Assembly: GCF_048593235.1 (NCBI RefSeq)
Contig: NC_133620.1
Location: 372,153,261 to 372,217,260 of the forward strand
Source of the DNA: Sminthopsis crassicaudata
Taxonomy: Eukaryota
Reading direction: 5' to 3'
DNA length: 64,000 nt
The translations under genes and the position numbers were made by a program. Below the pieces are notes generated by a model, which ran no database searches, had not been told where the DNA came from, and saw only the letters and a program-made list of their open reading frames with translations. Positions 24,130-37,000 of this stretch are shown here, piece after piece (the stretch's first letter is position 1; every line of letters begins with the position of its first letter).

Positions 24130-24270
24130 GATGTAGACAACTGGTATCTCAGTATACAATGGAGATGGACAATTGTGGACAATTGAAGGCCTAGGTTGCA
24201 TTTGGGAAACTGTGTAGTGCTTTTGAAGACTCCCAAGTATCTCTTGAAGTTTAATCTCATCATTTTCATG
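24130..24270 (+). mobile_element. RTE LINE fragment
   Basis: ttgcatttgggaaactgtgtagtgctttt...cccaag resembles the recalled marsupial RTE ORF end. Confidence 0.45.
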
Positions 24271-24817
24271 TGTATATCTTTCCAGAGATGCTTCATAATG
24301 CACAATTTTTGATGGATCAAAATTTTAGTAAATTGGATGAAATGTAAAGAGGTCTCGTGGAAGAACATATATATGTGTGTGTATAAATTTTTATATATAC
24401 ACACACATTAAATTTACACACACACACATATATATCCATGTATGTGTGTGCATAGTATACCTCTCCTGATAGATTGTAAATTTTGTTGTGTTATCCTCGA
24501 CGTTGCTGTGGCCTTCATACCAGACCACCAGTGGCCATGCCTGAGAGACCACTTAGATCCTTACCCAGCTATTTTCCTTCCATTCACTGCTTGCTTGTAA
24601 CCACACCATACCCTCCCCCCCCCAATTCTCTAATTCCCTTTGGGAAGGATAGGTCAGTTGACTGACCTATTGTTCTGTAAACCACCTTTGTTACCTCTCA
24701 GCCTTCAAATCTTCCCTGAGCACCATTCCTCTCTGTGTTGTCACTTCGGTGCTATTAGAATATGAGTTTCTTGAAGGGAAGGATTGTTTTGCTTTTATAC
24801 TTGTTTCCCCAATTGTT

Positions 24818-24973
24818 ATCTTTTCTCCCCCCCCCCCCCCACTGAGGCTGGGGTTAAGTGACTTGCCCAAGGTCACACAGCTAGGAAGTGTTAAGTGTCT
24901 GAGATTAGATTTGAACTCGGGTCCTCCTGAATTCAGGGCTGGTGCTCTATCCACTGCACCACCTAGCTGCCCC
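24818..24973 (-). mobile_element. Full-length WSINE1-like SINE with a G-rich tail
   Basis: Near-consensus body. 12-bp TSD tccccaattgtt at 24806-24817 and 24974-24985. Confidence 0.92.
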
Positions 24974-25339
24974 TCCCCAATTGTTTTAAGCACAATGCTT
25001 GACACATAGTAAAAGCTTTTTATTAATTTATTCCATGAGGACAAGGACAGGACTGTTTTATTTTTGTTTCATATCACAGTATCTGACACTTAGCTCTTAA
25101 TAGGTGTTTATTGACTGATTTATCAAAGATTTTAAAGTATCTGACTAATTTGACCCTCTTCTTCCCTACCACTTCTCTAAAGGCTTAAATCTAAACTGTC
25201 CCAATCTCCCCAGATCTTGTACACTTGTTTAGCCTCTGGTAATCAGACTGCTTTCCAAAGCTTCTATCTTCCTGAATGGGAGGAGCAATACTTCCCTACT
25301 ATAGATCAGTAAACATCTGTAGCTCACATGAGTGCTCTT

Positions 25340-27305
25340 CTTTGTTCCTCAACTGGGTTCTGGCTGCTGCTAGCCAATCCTACTGTACCTTATCAACTCA
25401 CTATTCCACTCTCCACATTGGTGCTTCCTAATTTTTTCACCCCTCCCCAGAGACCTCCTAGGGCTTCCCCTGAGATCCACTGCCTCAGCTGAGAACCTTG
25501 CCTCCCTCTTCTCCCCTTTTATCTCATATCACTCCAATTTCTTCTGTCACCATTTCCTTTTCGCCCCTCTCTCCCACGCTAGAATGGTCTTGTCCCTCAC
25601 CTAGACTGATCCCTCTCATGTTCAAGTAAGCTATTCCACCAATCTCCTCTGTCATCTCACCTCTTTCACTTATTTTCAATCTCTCCTTCTTTCCTAGCTT
25701 ATTCTCTACTGCTTACAGACCTGCCCATTTCTCCTCCCTCCCATAAAAACTCTTGATTCTTTCATTGCCACCATCATACTACATCTCTTCTACCCTTTGT
25801 AAATTCCTAAAAAAGATGTTTTACAATAGATGCCTCCACCTTCTCTTTTCTCACTCTCAACCCCTAAAAATTAAGCTTCAAGGGCAGCTAGATGAGCAGT
25901 GGATAGAGCACCAGCCTTGAAGTCAGGAGGACCTGAGTTCAAATCTGGTCTCAGACACTTAACACTTCCTAGCTGTGTGAACCTGGGCAAGTCATTTACC
26001 CTCAATTGCCTCAGCAAAAAAAAAAAATAAAAAATTAAGCTTTGGACATTATTTCACCAAAACTACTCTTTTCCAAAGTTACTAATAATATCTTAGATGG
26101 AAAATCCAATGAGAAAACAATTCTCATTCTTCTTGGCCTTTCTACTGCATTTGGTGCTATTAATCACTCTCTTCTCTCCAGATTTTTGTTAACCTTCCCT
26201 CTCTTGGTTTTTCTCCTACTTATGCTAATGCTCTTTCTCTGTCTTCTTTACTAGATCCTCTTCTAGATCACACCCTTTGACCATAAGTGTCCCTAGGCAT
26301 TCTGTCCTGGACCCTCTTCTCTGATTCTTCTATGAGAGGCCACCATTTGGTGATCTCATCAGCTCCCACAGATTTAATTACTATCTCTGTGTTGATGATT
26401 CTCAAATCTACCTATCCTGTCATGTCTCTCTGCTGACTTCCAGTCTCATATATCCCACTGCCTTTCACACATTTTCAACTGGATGTCCAGGAGACATCTT
26501 AAACTCAATATGTTCACAAAACTCATTATCTTCCCTTGTCCCTTACCTTCCCTATTACTATAAAAGGCAACACTATATTCTCAGTCCCTCAGACCTGAAA
26601 CTTAGAAATCATTCTGTATTCCTCACTATTGCCGCTCAAGTCCAAGTTGTTGCCAAGGCCTATTGATTTCACTTTTGCAACATCTCTCTCATATGTCCCC
26701 TTCTCTTTGGCACTGCCACCATTCTAGAGAAGGTTCTTCTCCCCAATCCTTCCTTCACTCAGCCACTAAAGTAATTTTCCTAAAATGCAGATCTGAACAT
26801 ATTTACTGTCCCCTACTCTAGCTCCCTGTTGCTTACAGGAGCAAATACAAAAATGTTGTTTGGCATTCACAGCCCTTTGTAATTTAGCCCCTTTCTACTT
26901 TCCTAGTCCTCTCACACCTTGTTCCCTGACACCTTTTCTTCAATCTGATGAAACTCAAATCCTTTCTCTCCATGGACAAGATTTGAAAATTTGACTGATT
27001 CTGAGTATTCTGGCTCTCCCCCATGGCTGGAATGCTTTCCCCTCCTTCACTCTGACTTCGACCTTCCTGGCTTAAGTCCCAACTAAAATCTTTCCCTAAC
27101 TCCTCATTCTAATGCTTTCCCTTTGTTAATTACTTCCTATTTATCCTGCATATAGATTATTGTATATATTTGCACATTATCTTCTTCATTAGGCTATCAG
27201 TTCCTTGAAGGCAAAGAGCAATCTTTGGCTTTTTTTGTTTTGTTTCCCTTTGTAGTTAGCACAGCACCTAGCGCATAGTAGACACTGAATTTTTGATGAT
27301 TGACT
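25340..27305 (+). mobile_element. L2 LINE, about 1.9-kb 3' fragment, interrupted by a SINE
   Basis: RT-like degenerate stretch (tctgtgttgatgattctcaaatcta) and a typical L2 3' end (agcacctagcgcatagtagacactgaat...gattgact). Confidence 0.8.
25879..26029 (+). mobile_element. Full-length WSINE1-like SINE
   Basis: gggcagctag...poly(A). 13-bp TSD aaaaattaagctt at 25866-25878 and 26030-26042. Confidence 0.93.
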
Positions 27306-27329
27306 CACCTAGTGATGATTACCTGTCCT

Positions 27330-27930
27330 GAGAAACCTTCAAAAGGCCATCAAACTTCGAATACAGTTTGGCCCAGCACTGTCACTGTTGGGTCTATATC
27401 CCAGGGAAATCATAAAGGAGGAAAAAGGACCCACATGTGCAAAAATGTTTGTAGCAGCTCTTTTTGTGGTGGCAAAAAACTGGAAAACTAGATGCCCATC
27501 AATTGAGGAATGGCTGAACAAGTTTTGTTATATGAAGGTATTGGAATATTATTGTTCTATACAAAATGATGAACAGACTGATTTTAGAAAGGCCTGAAAA
27601 GATTTACATGAACTGATGCTGAGCAAAACAAACAGAACAAGGAAAACATTATAGACAGTAACAGCAAGAATATGCGTTGATCCCCTAGGAATGAATTGGC
27701 TCTTCTCATGGTTCAGTGATCCAAGGGAATCTCAATTCACTTTGGGCAGAAAATGCCACCTGCATCCAGAAAAAGAACTATGGAGTTTGAATGTAAATCA
27801 ACATATGCTACGTTCACTTCTTTTTTCTTTTTTTTTTTTCTCTGCCCTGGTTTTTCTCCTTTGTTCTGATTTATCTCTCCCAGCATGATTCATAAAGCAA
27901 TGTACATTAAAATAAATTAAAATTTAAAAA
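27330..27930 (+). mobile_element. L1 3' end
   Basis: Homologous to 11050-11600. A-rich tail. Confidence 0.8.
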
Positions 27931-28049
27931 ATTGAACATAAGCATCAAGGTTAGCTTTTTGACTCCTTAGTCCCATGTAAGTAATGTCTTAAATGTCAGA
28001 TATTGGTTATTTGTTAATTACTTGAGTTTTGAACACTATATTATGAAAA

Positions 28050-28490
28050 AAGACATTGATGAACTGGAGTATGTTCAGAGGAAAACCATGAGGATGTTTG
28101 GGAGCCATGACATATGAGAAATGGGTTAAAGAAATGATAATATTTGTCTGCAGAAAATTTATGTTAGAGGTGGGGGCAGAAAAGGGACAACATAGTTACA
28201 TCTGAAGGGTTGTCTTACATAAGTATTAGACTTGTTCTGCTTGCTACTAGAGGGACAAATTTAGAGATTTAGAAGCTATGAATGAAAGTTACACAGAGGC
28301 TAGGTATGAAGAAAAACCTCCTAATACTGAGGACCATGGGACTGAAACAGACTGCCTCCAGTAATCATGGATTTCCCCTCACAGTAGGTCTTTGGGAGAG
28401 ACACTGAATGACTAATTGGGAATTTTGCACACAAGATTCACATTTAGTTAGGGATTGGCTCCCTTCCAATCCTAAAATACTATGATTCTA
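28050..28490 (+). mobile_element. CR1/L3 LINE 3' fragment
   Basis: gacattgatgaactggagtatgttcagagg at the start and the CR1-type terminus ccttccaatcctaaaatactatgattcta. Confidence 0.7.
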
Positions 28491-28939
28491 TTTATTTTTG
28501 ATGAGTGTAACAGTAGCCAGATCTATTCTGTTTCCTTTGTCTGATGCTAATAGAACATCATGCACAAGGAAGTGATTAATAAAAGCTTCAGGATAAATGT
28601 GGGGGCCAAATCTGATTCTCAGATATCAGGATCTGGGCCCACTCTTATCTTTTTCTTACCAAGGCTGTTTCTTTCTTCCAGAAAGCCTCCTTAAGCTAAT
28701 GCTTCAATACTGTAGTTGGAAAGGATATCAACAGCAGCTAGATGGCTCATTCCTGATCAAAGCTGCCCTTGATACTCAACTTTTCCTGAAGAAATTTCCT
28801 CATTATTCAGAAGTTAAATATCATTACACCCATTTTATAAAGGAGGGACACAGCCACAAAGACAGCAAATGTTAGCATTTGAACCTTTCTTTTGATGTCT
28901 CATCTGCCATTGCTGCCTCCTGTTTTATTTTTGTGCCCA

Positions 28940-29150
28940 GATTCAGAAAGACCTGAATGCAAATTCTGTTTCAGACACTTAGTAGTTGTGTGACTTTGGG
29001 TAAGTCACTTCATTTTTCTGTGCCTCAGTTTTCTCAGGTGTAAAATGAACATGATATTAGTACTTACCTTCCTGGGTTGTTGGGAGAATTGAATGAGATC
29101 ATATTTACAGAGTGCTTAAGTAAGCACTACATAAATGCTAGCTATTATTA
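28940..29150 (+). mobile_element. MIR SINE
   Basis: CORE sequence tgtgactttgggtaagtcactt...ctgtgcctcagttttctc...tgtaaaatg. Confidence 0.8.
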
Positions 29151-30027
29151 GTAATTATGTTTTGAGGTTTGTCTGGCAAGATTCTTAGTTCTGGTGCTTT
29201 GTTTCCATTCTGTGCTACAAGCCTGGTAGTTCCCTAAGGGTGCTGAGGGCAAGGGAGAAATGGGGAGATGGGAAGGAACAGACAAGCCAACAATCGCCTC
29301 CATCTACTCCTTCACAGCCTCCATTTTCCCACCTGTGAAATTGCTGGATGATAATTAGGTTGTAGTGTTCAGTAGGCTGGAAGAGGCAGAGGAAATGAGG
29401 ACCAGGAGGGGAGAAGGAAGTATCCAAAACAAAGAATATTTGTGCAAATGTTGGTCTTTAATACTAAGAAAGACCTTTCAGGATTAGAGTGATAAGACAG
29501 AGGTCCCCACTCTCCCATTTGTGGGGAGGGAGTGTGGAGGGAGAGGACTGAGCTAAGCCAGCTAAGCTCCCTACCCCCACCCAGACCCCAGGGGATGACC
29601 CAGTAACTGAAGGAAGTCTATGTATTTACATTTAGTGTTTGTGCTGGAGAGTTGGAAGAGAGGAAGGGGAAGAGGTCAAGGAAGCTACCTCTACCCAAGG
29701 GACATCCCTCTGCATTTCACTTTGTCCATTCCCTTCTCTCACCTCCTTGCTCACTTCTCTCACAATCTCACTTCTCCATCCACTTCCCCTTTTTCTCAGT
29801 TACCTAATTTCCTTTTTCTCCCTTTTCTTTCATTTCTCCCTCTCTCTTTGTCTCTTTTTCTCCTTTTTTTTTTCTTTCTTTTCCTGCCCCTCCCAACTCT
29901 CTAAGTCTCTAGACAACTCCTCTTTCCTTTTCCCTCTTTCTCTCCCTCTCCCTGAAATCCAGCAGGCCCAGCCTCTGAGCCAGGGGCAGGGAGATCTTGG
30001 GTCCTGGACTGGGATGGTCAGCAGCTA

Positions 30028-31052
30028 TTAACCCAAGGAGCACTTGGTGCTGCTCTTCTTCTCACAGCTCTTCAGATCAGTAGTTGGGGGGACCTTGTTG
30101 CTGTTGCCCTGGGGGAAAGAACAGTCTAAGTGAGAGAGTGGCAGACAGGGCTGGAGAGGGAAGGGGAGATGATGACTGTGAGCTGAGAAGGAATAGGCTA
30201 ATAGAAGACTTGGAGGAGTGTCTGGGCCACTACCTTCCCAGGGCAGGAATTGAAGGGTGGCCCCCATTCCCAGAGTATCAACTTACAGATCTTCGACTTG
30301 ACTTGAGCAATATGTCCCGGGCCAGAGAACTGAAGGCCTAAAGGAAATAGAGAAGGAAAGAGGTCGCATGGGTGACATTAGGGCACCCCGAAATGGGAAG
30401 TACAGTTGACCTTCCAATTCCCTCACCTCCTAGTCCTCACCTCATCCACATTCAGGCTTGACTTAGCACTTGTTTCAAAGAATCGGATTCCATGTTCCCG
30501 GGCCAGCTTTGGGGTGGATGAGAAAGAAAATAGAATGGTTTATTCCTTACTTTGGTCTCCCCTTATTCCTTTCATTCTCACCCTCTTCTCTCCCACCATC
30601 CTGCCCTCAGCCAGCCTCAGCCCTGATCATCCCGCTACAATCTCCAAGCATCTTCCCCGCAGCCTGCCCTTATCCCAGGCCTCCTACCTTCTCTGCCTGT
30701 TCCCTCTGCACCTTCCTCTTCACTTCCATGTCACACTTATTTCCCAGCAGAAGGCGTTCCACCCCTGCAGAGGCATTCTGGAAGTAGAAGGGTCAGGGTA
30801 AGAACCAAGGTGCTCTAAGACCTTAAGGACCTTCCTTTGGCCCAGCTTCTCTATGTGCCATCTCTCCATCTTAGGCCCCTTTCTCAGCATTCCCAGGCTC
30901 CTTCTCAATACCCTTAAGAGTTCCCTTTAGTCAAACACAAACCTCTTTGATGCTTTTCATCCAGTTCTGAATGTTCTCAAAAGATTTCTCATCTGTAATG
31001 TCATAGACAAGGATAATACCCTGGGAGGGGGAAGAGAGAGAGAGAGAGAGAG

Positions 31053-31086
<34 letters not shown>

Positions 31087-34000
31087 GAAAGAGAGAGACA
31101 CACAGAGACAGAGGCAAAGAGACAGAGGGAGGAAAAAGAGACAAAAATAGAAACACACAGAGACAGAGAGAGAGAAAGAAAGAGAGAGAGAGACAGAGAC
31201 AGAGACAAAGAGACAGAGGGAGGGAAAGAGAAAGATAGAAACACAGAGAAAAAGAGAGAGACAGAGACAAAGAGACAGAGGGAGGGAAAGAGACACAGAG
31301 ATAAAAATACACAGAGAAACAGAGAAAGATATAGAAGTACACACACACACACACACAAACAGGGAGACAGAGACAGGACAGAGAGACAGAAAAGTATACA
31401 CAGAGACACACAAAGAGACAGAGGGAGAGAAAGACGAGACAGGTACACACAAAGAGAGAGATTATGGGTGAGAGGAACTTTTCATTCTTATATATCACAA
31501 ACCAACTTGGAGCCCCTCCCACAAACCTACATAACATCCTTGGAAGCTCTAAACTGAATCCCAGTCCTCACGGCTCCTCTCTCCCTTTCACCTCTCCTCT
31601 AAGCCATAACTTGCCCTTTTTCCTCACTGCCATCTATTTTGCCCAAGATACCCCCATTCTTATCTCCCACCCCTCATTCCTTGCCCATATTATGCCCCAG
31701 CTCCCCATTTCATACCATGGCCCCCCGGTAGTAGGCAGTAGTTATAGTCTTGAATCTCTCTTGTCCTGCTGTGTCCCTGGATGAGGGGCCAGAGAGAAAA
31801 TGATTTCAGGGCATATGTTTCCAGCTACATGCTTCCTCCATCAGATGGAAGCTAATACCTCAAGAAGCTTGACTGGAGGGATAAGATAGGGGCAGGAGAG
31901 AGAATATTCAAGAAAATCATGAGAGAGAATGGTGGAAGATAGAAGAAAGAAAAAGGAAAGAGGGTCTCCCTGATTCTTCTAACCCTCCTGATTGATCCCA
32001 CTGCCTGATTATTCTTCCTAAAACTGCTTTATCATGTCACTCCCCCAGAAGTCTTCAGTAGCTTCCAATCTCCTTCCATTCAAATATACAAATGGGGGAT
32101 GTGATCTGATCAGTAGTAATATTGTCTCCTATGATGCCACGATCAACAAATCAAGGGCTATCACCTCCATAATTTGTGCCACAGGAGTACACTTGCTTGC
32201 CTGCCTTCCTTAAGTAGGTTCTCACTGAGGATAAGGGATATCCAGTGGTCATCCTTTGTTCCTACCACATGACCCAGCTATCATCTATCTCTTTTTCCTC
32301 CTCTTCCCCCCCTCCCCCCACTACGCTAAGATCTCTTTAATGAGATCCTTTATTCTGGCTTTACTTTGGAGTTCCTGGCTTGTTATATGCCGAAGCCTGC
32401 TAATACCCACCATGTGCCTCTTTATTATCTTCTGGATGACACTCATTCTTATTTTCATGGAGGCTGTTGTAGTCTAAGATTTCTGGCTATAAAACACTGG
32501 TCAAATATTAGTATTAGAAAGCTAGGTCCTTGTTTCTGGAAGAAGTTTCAAATAATTAAAGGATCTTCTGGGTTTCCTGAAGGTAATCAATCAATCAACT
32601 TTTTATCTTCCTTCTGTTTAATTTTGGACGTAACTTCTTTGTTATCTATTTGCATGGTATGTATTAATAACAAGAACAACAAGAACAATAAGTATTTATA
32701 TAGTACTTCAAGGTTTGCAAAGTGTTTCACACCTAATTTTACTTACTTAATTTTATCCTCACAACAATCCGATGAGGTAGGTGCTATTCTTATTTTACAG
32801 ATGAGGAAATTAAGGCTGAGAGATGATTTCTATTCTGTCTTTCAAAGAATCTTGAATAAGGTTGATATGTGTGTAGGAGATATATACACATACACACATA
32901 TGGGAAATAGCCTTTAAGGTGGCAGTCTGCTCTTCTAAAAAATAATACAGCAAGTCTAGAGATCATGTTCTAGATCTAGGTGGTACCATGGTTTAGGGCG
33001 ATGGGCCTGGAGTCAGAAAAACCTGAATTCAAATTCACCAGTATTAGCTGTGTGGAACTTGGGCAAATCACTTAACCTCTGCCTTAGTTTCCTCAAGTAT
33101 AATAATAATAGCTGAAGGTAATAACACCCCCCTCACAGGATTGTTGAGGATAGAATGAGATATTTGCAAAGCTGTCAGCATAGTGCCTGACTCACAGTAA
33201 GCACTCTACAAATGCTATTATGATTATTTTAGTCAATTGTGCAATGATACAAATGTGCTCTACGATGGACCATTTTATTAAACCCCACCTGTTTTCACTA
33301 TATTAATTCCCTCATTGAGAATGTTCTGGTTACATGTATAGATGATTCTCATAAAAATTTTTAAATAGATGAAAAACTAAGCATACAGTTTTGGGGGGGG
33401 TTGCATTAATGTAGTTCCTGACTTTCCCCCCATTTTTAGTATTTTCCTTTTTTGAGTACTTTCTGGGTCAGTCTCTCAATAGCCCCACAACTTTGTCATC
33501 TCTAGCATAGACTTTCTTTATATGGCCTTGGTCTAGCTCAGCTGCTTCTCCTATCTTTAGTGCCATTTTCCCTCCTCCTTTATAGTTACATCCAAGACTA
33601 TGATGTTAGAGTCTAAGGTAATATCTACTCTCCTTAAGGATGAAAAAAGTTCTTAGTAAAAATCTTTGTAGATCTTTTTTATTTTTCTTTTGTCATTCTC
33701 CTTGCAGCTTTCATTTTTAAAGTTCCTTGGATGACTTTTCTTAATTGGGTCCCTCATCAACTTTTATTTAGACTGATTTTACTTTCTACTACTTCTCTGT
33801 TTTGTGAGATGTTCACTACCTTTTATCATCATTTTACAAACAAGTTTTTATTATAAATAGATGTTGCCTTTAGCTGCCAAATCTCTACTCTTAGCAATTA
33901 AGTCCAATCAAATGTTTACTAAGATGCTTTTAGGATGCTTTTGTTTTATTATGGAGATTGATTTATGTAAGTTAAAATTTTTAAATTTAATTATTATAGT

Positions 34001-37000
34001 CTATGTATGTACCCTTTTTTATATCCACATCCCAGTAGATCTACCTAATGTGTGTGGAGATCTTCCTTATGTCTCCCAGTATCCAGAAGATACCAAAATT
34101 CAAGTGCCCTCCATTGATTATTCCTCACTCTTGCCATATGACTAAGTTATTTTTCTTCATAATTTGTTTATACACTTTTCAGCTGCTCTTTCATAATTCT
34201 CTGTTTGTTAAGTGTTGTAGCCTAAGGCCCATTGTTTTTTTCATTTTTGTTTGTTTAGGATTCTTTTGAGGCAGAGTTAAGTGACTTGCCCAGGATGCCA
34301 TAACTAATAAGTAGCTGATACTGGTGCTTTATCCATTGTACTACCTAGCTGCTTCTCACTAGGTTCTTTTCTATTGCCTTCTACGTGGTACATATTTTTA
34401 GTTCTTCAAGGACTGTAGTGTTAGCATGTCTCGCAGGCACGTAGGAAAAATATTATCATTAAAAGATGGGCCTTTGTTTCAGGAAGTTTGGGGTTATCAA
34501 AATTCAGTTTCCTAAAATAAATCTAGCCCACTCCCTTCCTCTTGTTCAATACTGGGTCCTGCTTCCAATGCTTTTGCAATATCTACCCCAAATTAAAGAC
34601 AAAATTGCAGATATAGTCTGACTAGGAAAGAGTGTAATGGAACTATCAGAGCTTTATTTGTGGATAATTTGCCTCTCTTAATGCAGTATCAATCTCATTA
34701 GTGTTTTTTAACTGCCATTCTACATTGAACTAGTGGTCCTCAAATACTCCCAGAGCTTTTTCAGACAAATTGTTTAATCATGCTTCTCTTATCTTGTACT
34801 TGTGAACTTAATTTTGCAAAGTCAAATGTAAAACTTTATATTTGTCCTTATTTTCAAAATTCAATTCTATTTTATTTTCATTTCTGAATCCTTTCTCTTA
34901 CCTTTCTTCCCCTACTCATTGAGAGAGCAAGAAAAACAGAACCTGTTATAAATATCAACAGTCATACAAAACTAATTCCTGTATTATCCATGTCCCCCAA
35001 AAAATGTGTATATGAGTGTACATATATAGAGATGTTTTAATATGCACGTGGAAGCCATTATTTCCTATCCATAAATAAAATAGCATGTTTCATCATAAGT
35101 TTCCTGGAATTATGATTCCATTGTGTGGATCAGAGTTAGTGAGACTTTAAAAGTTGTTGTCTTTATAGTATTGCTTTTAGTGAACAATTTTCTTCACTTT
35201 AATTGTTAATTGTTTTTAACAAGGATTAAATTATCTGCTGGTTTTGTTCACTTTATTTTACATCAGTTTATACAAGTCTTCTCAAGATTTTCTAAAACAG
35301 CATAATAGCATTATGGCATCTACATCTACATTTATTCATTTAAGTTTTTTTTATCTTATTAGTACCATCTCAAGGTCCAAGCTTGTCAAGAGGTCTTGAC
35401 CTCTTTTGAATTATGATTCAAATCCAGCTTATTAGCAATCCTTTTTTGACTTGTGTCACCTGGAAATTTGATAAGGATGTTTGTATATGTTTGTATATGA
35501 AGCAGTGATAATATATGAAATAACAAAAAGCCCAGCATAAATATCTGGGACATTTTACTAAAGACTTTCCAAATTGGCATGGAACCACTAATAAATACTT
35601 ACTTATTAATATGTGTTCCCTAAACATACACTATCTTCTCTTGCAACTAATGGTTTCCTAGGGGTTGAGTCTTGTCTCCTCAACTGGACTGTGAACACCT
35701 TGAACACCTCATATTTTCTCTGTTCTCCCAGTGTTGATGATCAGCAAACACTTGATTGCCTAAGAGATGGAGATGTGGGAGACAGAAAGAAAGACACAGG
35801 GAGAGGATGAGAACAGAGAGGAGAAATGAGAGACAAATGGAGGGAATGATTAAGGGAGAGGCAAAATGAGATTTTTTGATGAGGACCTGGAAGAGAAAGA
35901 CAGGATTTCTGGAATTTACTCACCAGACTTGAAGTTTTATTTTCTTTCCCTCAATCTCCACAGTTCTGATCTTGAAGTCAATTCCTAGAGATGGAATAGG
36001 AATGTTAGAGGCAAGGTGGTGGGCTGGAAGGTTGGGAGAATCCTTTCCCTTATCCGTAGGCCAGAAGGGAAGCAGAGAATCTGGGTTCCAAGACTCCTTA
36101 TATTACTGAACAAGGGGAGTTAACATTGGGTTTTCTTTCCTTTCCCTTCTTTCTTCTCCTTAATACAATTATCTCTATCCCTGGTTTGTGTGTTTGTCTT
36201 AGAACGGACAAACTATTATTCTCATGCCCTCAGTGGAAACTTGGGTGCATACCTCTGTATGCTAGGGGACAGAATGAGTCACTAGGCTGAGTCAGAGACC
36301 CCAGGAGCCCTTCCCCCACTTTCAGCCTCCCCACAAGACTCCTTGAGGATTCAGAATGACAAATCAAGTATCCTAACCTCTAGGATGACAACCCTCCCCA
36401 TGGCCCCTCCTATGGGACTGGGGTGCAAGGGCACCATGAGACACAGAGGTGTAAGGGATAAGGAATAAAGGCTCTGGGGTATTTCTGGCAAGATGGCATA
36501 TGGAGAGTGCCCCTCAGGAGAATTAGGGGCTTGGAGTCGGAAGTTTGGGATTGGAAGCTTGGAAGATTTGAACTGAATTAAAATAGTGTAATGGGAGGAA
36601 AGGGGGGGAGGGGAAGAAAAGTGGGGGATGGGAAGTTGGGAGAATGAGAAACTGAGGATAAGAAGGAAATGGGCATAAGAAAATAGGGATTAGGAGGAAC
36701 TAGAAGTGATGCTTAGGGACCTGGGGGAAATTGGGGCTTAGAAATGTGGGTAATGCCTGGGGAGAATGGGGTGGAGGGATGGGTTACAAAAACAGGAGAA
36801 AGGAGTTGAAAGACTTCCCTCCTGAGAGACTGAATAGTTGGAACAGTGGGGAGGGGTGTTAACTAGTGATCTGGGGGCTGAAAAGTTGGGGAAAGGGGGG
36901 TGTAAACTAGTGATCTGGGGGGCTGAAAAGTTGGGGAAAGGGGGTAACTAGTGATCTGGGGGGCTGAAAAGTTGGGGAAAGGGGGTAACTAGTGATCTGG

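Noticed and set aside
25879-26029. tRNA gene suggested by A/B-box-like motifs
   Set aside because: It is a tRNA-derived SINE head with a poly(A) tail and TSD, and it does not fold as a cloverleaf.
30931-31537. 160-180 aa ORFs rich in L, S, C and V
   Set aside because: They are translations of the (TC)/(TG) microsatellite. Only the final GIILVYD...IKE part is real (RAB13 exon 4).
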